A stretch of 64,000 nt of DNA from contig OY762825.2 of the NCBI GenBank assembly GCA_963666425.2, positions 544,001 through 608,000 of the forward strand. Reading direction: 5' to 3'. The notes beneath the pieces were generated by a model that had not been told where the DNA came from, searched no databases, and was given only the letters and a program-made list of their open reading frames with translations. The DNA is from Bacillota bacterium. GTDB taxonomy: Bacteria; Bacillota; JAAYKD01. How positions within the stretch are numbered: the stretch's first letter is position 1; each line of letters begins with the position of its first letter. Shown piece by piece: positions 11,127 to 21,354 of this stretch. The position numbers and the translations under genes were made by a program.

Positions 11127-12129
11127 AACTATCACGCAGCCTTTCGCGGATGACAGCGGTCGCGACATCATTGAGTTTCCCCACCATGATGATGCGGATG
11201 TTGCGGACTTCCGTCTCTTTCGCCATCAGGTAGCCGATGACCGGCTCCGGTCCGAGCGACAAGACTTTGGCCTGCTTGACCTGCTGCATGATTTTATCGT
11301 CGATCAGTTTTTCCAGCAGGGTCAGCTGACCCACGGCGAGAAAATCGACAATGCCTTCCTTGACCAAGGCGGCATGCGCCGTATTGGCAAAGCCTGTGAT
11401 GATCTGATCCCATTCCGCATCGACCAATTCCAGATACTTGGCCATGGGAATTGCACCGCCGGGCAAGAGCGATTCGTTGAGGTAATCTTTGTCTCTGCCC
11501 ATCCGTTTGGCGCGGATCATGCTGCGCAGGTTAGAAAGATCGATCTGATCGGTGATGATTTTAGCGTAGAAATCGTAGTGATTCTTTTTGGCTATGCTGG
11601 TTAAGGAACTATAGAGTTCCCGATCCAGGATCGTATCAATCACCTTGGGATCATTACTGGCAGCAAAGGCAAGACGTGCTTCGGCTGCCGCTTTGAGATA
11701 ACGCTCCGGCACCCCCGGGACTGTTTCGCCTTGGGCGACATATTTCATCAATTCAACCGGGACCAAACCAACGTCCATCAGAAGATGATCGAAGTTTTTT
11801 GCCTGATACGCGGCTTTTAATAAAACTTTGAGATTGTGAATGTCATATTTGACACAAAATAAATCGGTCAGCGGTTCATTGGGCAGCATTTTACGAATCA
11901 GTTCGTAAACTCTGCGAATTTCACCCGTGGTGACCAATTCAAACTGATGCGGATTCTTGGCCATCGCCACCAGGTCTGCGTATTCAGTTTCTGCCAAAAC
12001 ATGAAAGGCTTCTTCCGGGGTTTTGGCTTCCAGCATTCGCTGCATTTTGGCCTGATCCAGGAGCTTCATTTCCAGCACCCGGATTCGTCCAACAGCATAC
12101 GCAAACTTAGAGTCCTGTGACACAGCCAT
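11119..12129 (-). CDS. ntpC: A/V-type ATPase subunit C
   Basis: YAVGRIRVLE, KYDIHNLK, KETEVRNIRII...IRERLR; start ATG 12129. Confidence 0.92.
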   Translation of the reverse strand: MAVSQDSKFAYAVGRIRVLEMKLLDQAKMQRMLEAKTPEEAFHVLAETEYADLVAMAKNPHQFELVTTGEIRRVYELIRKMLPNEPLTDLFCVKYDIHNLKVLLKAAYQAKNFDHLLMDVGLVPVELMKYVAQGETVPGVPERYLKAAAEARLAFAASNDPKVIDTILDRELYSSLTSIAKKNHYDFYAKIITDQIDLSNLRSMIRAKRMGRDKDYLNESLLPGGAIPMAKYLELVDAEWDQIITGFANTAHAALVKEGIVDFLAVGQLTLLEKLIDDKIMQQVKQAKVLSLGPEPVIGYLMAKETEVRNIRIIMVGKLNDVATAVIRERLRDSYV

Positions 12130-12209
12130 GCCATCAACTCCTTCGTCAGCAGCCAAACCGCAATCGCAATCGCAATTGCAGCCGGTCTGATGACAGCATT
12201 TTCATTTCT

Positions 12210-12815
12210 TTATTCGTTTTGACCGAAGAGAATTTTGACCACTTGCGGTTCCAATTCGTCGCGGATCTCTTTGATCAAAGCCGGATAAGTGGCGTTGATT
12301 TCAATGTCTTCCGCTTTCAGGATAAAACCACCACCGGTACTGCCGGTTTGTTCCGACAGCTTTAAGCCAGCTTTACGGCCGCTCATCATCAGCGCCAGGT
12401 TCACCTTGGCTAAAAATGTCAGGTTATAGAGCTTACGATCCTGCTCTTCCACCACAATTTCTTCGTTACCGGTGACAGCCGCTTCCAATAAGAGTTGTTT
12501 CAGTAATTCCTGACTCTCCTCTTGAGGTAAGGCACGCAGTTCTACCAGTGCTCGGTCAAAGGACCCTTGAATTACTTCCTGCTGCGCTAAAAGCCTGCTT
12601 TTGCGGGCTTCCAATTTGGCGATGGAAAGAAGAGGCAGCTCGTATTCATCCGCCTCGAGATTTGCTTGCTGTAGGATTTGCTGACGACGGATTTCTGCTT
12701 CATCCTGTCCCTGCTGCCGGATTGCTGCTGCGCGCATCTGGGCTTCGGAAATCAGTCGGGAGCCTTCTGTCTGACCGTCGAGGATGATTTTGCTTAAAAT
12801 ACTTTCTAAGGACAT
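12210..12815 (-). CDS. ntpE: A/V-type ATPase subunit E
   Basis: Helical N-terminus, GGFIL motif, operon position. Confidence 0.9.
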   Translation of the reverse strand: MSLESILSKIILDGQTEGSRLISEAQMRAAAIRQQGQDEAEIRRQQILQQANLEADEYELPLLSIAKLEARKSRLLAQQEVIQGSFDRALVELRALPQEESQELLKQLLLEAAVTGNEEIVVEEQDRKLYNLTFLAKVNLALMMSGRKAGLKLSEQTGSTGGGFILKAEDIEINATYPALIKEIRDELEPQVVKILFGQNE

Positions 12816-12887
12816 CTGACCAACCCCTTCAGGTAAACCGTGCTGTCATTGCAGCAACGGATTTGCCCTTTACTTTATTTGATCCTG

Positions 12888-15442
<2,555 letters not shown>

Positions 15443-15456
<14 letters not shown>

Positions 15457-15766
15457 CGCGCTTCACCATCCTTTCCTTAATCAATGCAATTGCTTCGGGA
15501 ATATGCTGCTCCGCACCGGAGACGATCTGACGTCTTGTTTCCTGGTTTTCCAGACTGATCGACTGTAATTTCTCTTCTACGAGAGTCTTACGTTCAGATA
15601 ACAAATGCTCTGCTTCGCTGCGCGCTTGCTCAATGGTTTTTTCCAACTTGAGTGCTGATTCTGTTTTGGCGTGATAGATCAGTTCTTCAGCCTCTGTTTT
15701 GGCTTTTTCCACCGTGGTTGCTGCTTCCTGCTCGGCATTTTTCACCTGACGGAGTATTTCTTTCAT
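15443..15766 (-). CDS. A/V-type ATPase stator subunit G/H
   Basis: 107-aa charged coiled coil, first gene of the operon, GAGGT RBS. Confidence 0.82.
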
Positions 15767-15918
15767 AGATACCTCACCACCTTTCCTGCTCCATTTGAAG
15801 TATTAAAGAAAATGAAATTCAGGATCCTCCTCGAGGATCGGTTACACAAAAAATTCGACAAAGCCAGTCAGACTAATAAAAACGATACAATTATACCGAT
15901 AATTCGATATCGATTCAT

Positions 15919-15960
15919 AAAAAAAGATGGACTGAAGAAGCAGCACCCCTCCCGTCCATC
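15919..15960 (-). terminator. Intrinsic terminator in the ATPase leader region
   Basis: Minus strand GATGGAC-GGGAGG...CTTCTTC-A-GTCCATC followed by T7. Confidence 0.75.
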
Positions 15961-16064
15961 CTGAATTGGCTGAGTTGTTAGGATCGCTCCATGCACTCAA
16001 AAACTGACCGCCTTTGCTGTGAGAAAAAGAATTATGATGTCGTGATAAAAATAAGAGACAAGAT

Positions 16065-16094
16065 ATAATACCTTGACGCAAGAGACTTTGTCAA
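16065..16094 (-). promoter_or_regulatory. Putative promoter upstream of the ATPase leader
   Basis: Minus strand TTGACA-18 bp-TATTAT, overlapped by the inverted repeat CTTGAC-N12-GTCAAG. Confidence 0.55.
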
Positions 16095-16189
16095 GTTCTA
16101 TTATTTGATATTTTGAGTGTTCTACCCGAATTTGCAAGATTCTTTCAATTGCCGTTTTTGGGGCGCAGCAATGGGGCGGCGGAGTGGCG

Positions 16190-16958
16190 GAGACGGGGTA
16201 CGCGGAAGGGTTCTGTGGGATAGCAGTTGCATTTTCAGCACTAAGCGATGGAATAATGATTGCATAGCGCATAACGATGGAATGGCGCCAGAACATCCAT
16301 CACATTTTCAGCGCCATGCGATGGAATAATGATTGCATAACGCAAAACAATGAAGCTACACCAGGACGGGGCACGCGGAACGGTCAAGACCGTTCCCTAC
16401 CTTGCGAGTTGGTTGAAGTAACACCGCAATGTAATGAAGCTACGCCGGGAACGCAGGGACGCCGGGACGGGGCACGCGGAACGGTCAAGACCGTTCCCTA
16501 CCTTGCGAGTTGGTTGAAGTAACACCACAAAACAATGAAGCTACGCCAAAACGGGTTACGCGGAACGGTCAAGACCGTTCCCTACCTTGCGAGTTGGTTG
16601 AAGTAACATCGCAATGTTGCGTGTAGGTTGAAGTAACACCGCAATACAATGAAGCTACGCCGGGACGGGGCACGCGGAACGGTCAAGACCGTTCCCTACC
16701 TTGCGAGTTGGTTGAAGTAATACCGCAATGTAATGAAGCTACGCCGGGGCATCCACCACATTTTCAGCACCAAGCGATGGAATAATGATTGCATAACGCA
16801 ATTGCAGGTTGGAGCAATGGAATAATGATTGCATAGCACGAAATAGGTTGGAGCAAATGTAGGGAACGGTCTTGACCGTTCCGCACGGTTCAATTAACAC
16901 CGCAGAACGATAGAGTTACGCCAGGACGGGGCACGCGGAACGGTCAAGACCGTTCCCT
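16190..16958. repeat. REP/BIME-like array 2, left part (six REPs, the last one interrupted by IS110)
   Basis: GCGGAACGGTCAAGACCGTTCCCTAC-CTTGCGAGTTGGTTGAAGTAA units near 16374, 16475, 16559, 16674 and 16934, plus an inverted copy at 16859; linkers shared with array 1. Confidence 0.85.
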
Positions 16959-17059
16959 CGTATATACTAGTAGTGCCAAGGTAACTCATTTACAGGGTAC
17001 AGGAAGCGAGCCAAAGCCACTCTTTAAGTATCCAAGGGGTTTGCCCTTTGTGGTATAAT

Positions 17060-17205
17060 TTTGTCAGGCAGAGGTCAACGTACTGTTCCCTGGGAATCGT
17101 TCCTGTGATGTAGAGTGTTGCCTCTGATCTGACAGAAATCTGCGTATTGGCTGGATAGGGTAAAATCCTTGTATTTCACGCGAGGTTGCAGCTGTCAGCG
17201 TCAGA
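17060..17205 (+). ncRNA. Putative IS110 bridge RNA (target-binding and donor-binding loops); boundaries approximate
   Basis: Stems TGTCAG/CTGACA and CAGAGG(T)CAAC/GTTGCCTCTG enclose ACTGTTCCCT (17082-91), a GGGAA/TTCCT hairpin and ATGTAG (17108-13). A second loop has TGGCT (17148-52) and GCGAG (17180-84), matching the circle junction TGG-CT-CGT. Confidence 0.75.
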
Positions 17206-17248
17206 GAGATCATCCTTTGCCGCATTCCAGTTTGAGGAGTTGCTGTAA

Positions 17249-18421
17249 ATGATTACTTTTGGCGTAGACATCGGTAAATTCCGTCACCAGGCGATCGCGG
17301 TGGACGCCAGTGGTCAAGCGCTGGCTCCCTCGTTTGCATTTGAAAATTCCGAAGAGGGCTTTCAATTGTTTTTGCAGAAGGTCGCTTTTTACCAAAAGCA
17401 AGATGCAATTTGCGTCGGCATGGAAGCCACCGGTCATTACTGGCTGAATTTTTATTGTGTTTTACTCGATTTAGGAATTGAATTGCATGTGGTCAATCCC
17501 CTGCTCACCGACGCCATACGGCGCATGTCTGTCCGTAAAACCAAGACGGATACGGTGGATTGCGGTTATATCGCGGATGTGATCCGCATGGGACGTTATT
17601 CCGACGTAGCGGTACAAACGGAGGATGTCCAGAATTTACGCGAGTTATGCCGTTTCCGCTGTTCTCTGGTTGATGAGATTGCAAAGCACAAAAACCATGT
17701 AATTGGCGTGCTGGATCACCTTTTTCCGGAATATCACAAGCTGTTTTCAGATATTTTCGGTAAAACTTCGCTGGAGTTGCTCAGCAAGTATCCGTCACCG
17801 GATGCCATTCTGAAGCTCGGTACAAAGCGGTTGGCTGATTTTTTAGCGAAGCATTCCCGCGGCAGTTTCGGTGAGGAAAAAGCGCTCGAGATCCGCAGCG
17901 CCTGCAGACACACTGTTGGTGTGAATAGAGCGAACGCTGCTCTATGCTTTGAATTACACCAAACCGTGGATCTGATTCAATTCATTGAAGAACAGATTGA
18001 CGCAATTGAGAATAAGATTGAGCAGATCTATTCCCAATGTGAATGCTATCTGGATACCATTATTGGTGTTGGAGTCACCTCGGCTGCGGTGATCTACTCG
18101 GAAATCGGCAATATTGATAATTTCGAAAATCCAAAGAAATTGGCGGCATTTGCCGGTATTGACCCTTCGATTAAGCAATCCGGTAATTTCACTTCAACGC
18201 ACAACACGATGTCGAAGCGAGGCTCACCTTATCTGCGCAGAGCGCTCTGGAATGCCGCAACGGTTGCCGCGCAAAAAGATCCGGTCATGTCTGCTTTTTA
18301 CCAGAAGAAACGCGACGAAGGAAAAGATTATATGACGGCAATTGGAGCTGTTACACATAAATTATGCAACATTGTTTTCGCTGTTTTAAGGGATAAAAAG
18401 CCTTATGTTCCCAGAATATAA
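17249..18421 (+). CDS. IS110-family DEDD recombinase/transposase
   Basis: GVDIGK, MEATG, KTKTDTVD RuvC-like DEDD residues; C-terminal AFAGIDPSIKQSG and KRGSPYLRRAL. Confidence 0.96.
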   Translation: MITFGVDIGKFRHQAIAVDASGQALAPSFAFENSEEGFQLFLQKVAFYQKQDAICVGMEATGHYWLNFYCVLLDLGIELHVVNPLLTDAIRRMSVRKTKTDTVDCGYIADVIRMGRYSDVAVQTEDVQNLRELCRFRCSLVDEIAKHKNHVIGVLDHLFPEYHKLFSDIFGKTSLELLSKYPSPDAILKLGTKRLADFLAKHSRGSFGEEKALEIRSACRHTVGVNRANAALCFELHQTVDLIQFIEEQIDAIENKIEQIYSQCECYLDTIIGVGVTSAAVIYSEIGNIDNFENPKKLAAFAGIDPSIKQSGNFTSTHNTMSKRGSPYLRRALWNAATVAAQKDPVMSAFYQKKRDEGKDYMTAIGAVTHKLCNIVFAVLRDKKPYVPRI

Positions 18422-18456
18422 TTTTCGTTTTGCCACTTGACGTTTGATAGCTGGCT

Positions 18457-18535
18457 ACCTTGCGAGTTGGTTGAAGTAACACCGCAATATTGCGAGTTGG
18501 TTGAAGTAACGCCGTAAAACGATGAAGCTACGCCT
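18457..18535. repeat. Array 2, right remnant beyond the IS110
   Basis: TTGCGAGTTGGTTGAAGTAAC twice, then GATGAAGCTACGCC, the same linkers as 16400-16750. Confidence 0.8.
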
Positions 18536-18541
18536 TATCCC

Positions 18542-19921
18542 TTACGCGACGATACTTCTCACCCAGCTGTCGGTTCTCAGCATGATAAAACCGATGACCG
18601 ATTTGATACCGTCGGCCATGTTCACGATCAGGTAAACAGTCACAATCGGCAGTAAGGTATAGCGTGAAAGAAAAAAGGCCAAAGGGACGCTGACGATACA
18701 GGTGAAAACACTGTCAAAGAAAAAGGTGATGATCGTTTTGCCGCCGGAGCGCAGTGTAAAGTAAACACTGTGGTTAAAGGCGTGCAGCGGGAAGGCCATG
18801 GCCGACACAATCAGGAAGCTGGATGCCATTTGGCGAACCGCAGCTTCTGTATTATAAATCAGCGGAATATAGGAAGAAAACAGGGCTAATAGACAACCCA
18901 GCACCACGGAAGTGCCGACATTGAGGAAAATCAATTTATGATCGGTATCTTTGGCTTTAGCGAAATCACCAGCTCCCAACTGCTGCCCGACCAAAACGCC
19001 AACCGCATTGCCCATCGCCATAAAAAAGATGGCAAATAGTTGAGAAATCGTGGATGAAATATTCAGCGCGGCTACCACTGTGATACCGCGGAAGGCATAG
19101 TTGGCGGTGAGTGAGGCAGTCGCGATCGACCAGACAAATTCGTTGAGCAGTAAGGGAGAACCTTTGATGGCAATGCCTTTGAGGATTTTCGCCGGGATGT
19201 AGGCACTTTGGAAGGCTTTACGCACAAAGTAGAAATTGTCTCGCTGCAGCCAGGTTGCCCCAACAATGAAACCTGCTTCTACCAAACGGGATATTACGGT
19301 GGCTATGGCGGCTCCCTCTACGCCCAAACGCGGGAAACCGAAGCTGCCAAAAATGAGCAGGTAGTTGCCGACCAAGTTGGTCAAAACAGCCAGGATGCTG
19401 CCGGTCATGGCAATGACGGTGTTGCCGCTTTCACGTAAGGTGGAAGAAAAACATTGCGAAATCACAAATGGCACGATACCCCAAAGCATGATCTTGAGAT
19501 ATTGCCTGGCTAACGTCATGGTTAACGCCAGATCCGCCGCGTCCCCCGCTGTCTCATTCAGGAAGAGATGAATCAATTGCGTGTCCCAAATATTGAAGAC
19601 CAAAATCGCCGCAAAACAAATGGCAATACCAAAGAGAATTTTGTAGCGGAATGTGTGCATGACGCCTTCGTAATCCTTGCGGCCAAAGAATTGAGCCGAG
19701 AAAATAGAGGCGCCGGAAAGTCCACCGAAAATTGTAACATTTAAGACGAAGAAAAATTGACTGCAGATTGCCACGGCAGAAATCGCTTCTGTGCCGAGCC
19801 GACCCACCATGACATTATCCAGTAAATTGACAATACTGGTGATTCCTTGCTGAATGATCATGGGAACGACCAGCAGCAGGACCATCTTATAAAAGGCTTT
19901 ATTACCGATAAATTTTTTCAT
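18542..19921 (-). CDS. MATE family efflux transporter
   Basis: NLLDNVMVGRLG, PRLGVEGAAIATVISR; about 12 TM segments. Confidence 0.93.
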   Translation of the reverse strand: MKKFIGNKAFYKMVLLLVVPMIIQQGITSIVNLLDNVMVGRLGTEAISAVAICSQFFFVLNVTIFGGLSGASIFSAQFFGRKDYEGVMHTFRYKILFGIAICFAAILVFNIWDTQLIHLFLNETAGDAADLALTMTLARQYLKIMLWGIVPFVISQCFSSTLRESGNTVIAMTGSILAVLTNLVGNYLLIFGSFGFPRLGVEGAAIATVISRLVEAGFIVGATWLQRDNFYFVRKAFQSAYIPAKILKGIAIKGSPLLLNEFVWSIATASLTANYAFRGITVVAALNISSTISQLFAIFFMAMGNAVGVLVGQQLGAGDFAKAKDTDHKLIFLNVGTSVVLGCLLALFSSYIPLIYNTEAAVRQMASSFLIVSAMAFPLHAFNHSVYFTLRSGGKTIITFFFDSVFTCIVSVPLAFFLSRYTLLPIVTVYLIVNMADGIKSVIGFIMLRTDSWVRSIVA

Positions 19922-19927
19922 AACTAC

Positions 19928-21112
19928 CTACATTTCTATTTTTGCCAGTGCCTGATCTAAATCAGCAATTAAGCTGTCTACATCCTCCAGACCGACATGA
20001 ATGCGGACCAGATTCGCCGGGCAATCTACTTTGGCGGCTTGTTCTTCGCTCAAGCCAACCGTGTTGCCGTGAATCAAGCTTTCAAAGCCGCCCCAGCTGA
20101 CGCCATATTGGAACAGTTTGCAGGAATAGATGAATTCCTGAATCTGTTCGGTGCTGCCGTGGGGTACGATGCTGATCAAGCCGTTTGTGCCGCTGAGATA
20201 TTGATTAAATAAGTCTTGTTGTTCGTAACTGGCAGACCCTGGATAAAACACTTGTTTCACTTTGGGGTGTTGTTCCAGAAATTGTGCCACTTTCAAGCCA
20301 CTTTTGCCGTGCTGCGCCAAACGCACCGGCAGCGTCCGCAAACCGCGGATCAGGAGCCACGCCTGATGCGGATCCATGTTGGAGCCGTAGAGTTCGCGTT
20401 CGTTATGTTGAATGCTTTCAATGATTTCGGCATTGGCGGCCAGAGCGCCGGCGACAATATCACTGTGACCGCCCATATATTTGGAAGCGGTATGGCAGGA
20501 GATGTCGATGCCGTATTGCAAGGGGTGCTGATGCAGCGGCGTAGCGTAAGTATTGTCGATCACCGTTCCGATCTGATGCGCTTTGGCAATTTTGGCGACA
20601 GCAGCCAGATCCTGCATGCGGAAAACGCTGCTGGAGGGGCTTTCCAGGTAAATCAGGGCGGTGTTCGGCTGAATTGCCTGTTCAATGTCCTCCACGTCAC
20701 TGCCTCTGACTGCAGTGTAAGTCAGTCCGATGCGATTCGCCAAGTAACCGGTGATAAAGCTGCGGGTAGGACCGTAGCTGGAAGCGACATAGACGACATG
20801 GCTGTCTTTTCTGACAAAATGCATGATAGCAGATGAGATGGCCGCCATCCCGGAGCTGAAACAGAGCGCACCTTCCGCGCCTTCCAGAGCAGCGATTTTC
20901 TTTTCGGCAATCTCAATGGTGGGATTGCTGACCCGCGTATAAGCATAACCCGTATCCGGTACACCGTTATACGGAGTTGGTTTGACAAATAAGGAGTTCT
21001 GAAAGATCGGCGGTACAATGGAACCCAGATATTGTGCGTAGTCATCTCCCAGATGGGTGCAGATATCATCAACGGAATGAAAAGTACGGTCTTTTGCGCT
21101 CAAAATAGCCAA
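19928..21112 (-). CDS. Cys/Met metabolism PLP-dependent lyase (cystathionine gamma-synthase / methionine gamma-lyase family)
   Basis: YTRVSNPT, FSSGMAAI, DNTYATP, TASKYMGGHSD, SWGGFES. Confidence 0.9.
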   Translation of the reverse strand: MAILSAKDRTFHSVDDICTHLGDDYAQYLGSIVPPIFQNSLFVKPTPYNGVPDTGYAYTRVSNPTIEIAEKKIAALEGAEGALCFSSGMAAISSAIMHFVRKDSHVVYVASSYGPTRSFITGYLANRIGLTYTAVRGSDVEDIEQAIQPNTALIYLESPSSSVFRMQDLAAVAKIAKAHQIGTVIDNTYATPLHQHPLQYGIDISCHTASKYMGGHSDIVAGALAANAEIIESIQHNERELYGSNMDPHQAWLLIRGLRTLPVRLAQHGKSGLKVAQFLEQHPKVKQVFYPGSASYEQQDLFNQYLSGTNGLISIVPHGSTEQIQEFIYSCKLFQYGVSWGGFESLIHGNTVGLSEEQAAKVDCPANLVRIHVGLEDVDSLIADLDQALAKIEM

Positions 21113-21354
21113 AATAAAAAGCCTCCCCGCAATATGATCTTTTTCTCTCTGTCATCCTTGATTTTTCTCACTTTGTGAATCAAGTGATCCTTTTTCAATT
21201 CTGGATGAGAAGGAAATTTCCTCCCATCTGCCAGAAAAAAATTAAAATGTTTGCGAATTAAAGTTTCTTATTCGATGAAGCGGCAAAAAGGCCGGAACAG
21301 ATTTGTTCCGACCTTTCAGAGCTGATGACTGCGATTACCTCGGCAGCAAAACCA

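Larger units (their letters stand above)
16959..18456 (+). mobile_element. IS110-family insertion sequence (about 1.5 kb) inserted into a REP at a CT core
   Basis: Left flank ...GACCGTTCC-CT (16957-58); the element ends ...GCTGG-CT (18455-56), then ACCTTGCGAGTTGG resumes the neighbouring repeat unit exactly. No terminal inverted repeats and no duplication beyond CT. Confidence 0.92.

Noticed and set aside
12160-12182. CGCAAT x3 microsatellite between ATPase subunits E and C
   Set aside because: Too short to support phase variation or a coding role.
15842-16893. Short ORFs upstream of the ATPase operon
   Set aside because: They overlap the leader, promoter and REP array 2 and show no recognisable protein features.
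17249-18421. This transposase as the RAYT that generates the REPs
   Set aside because: It has DEDD and Ser motifs of IS110 and no HUH/Y1 motif; it exploits the REPs rather than producing them.
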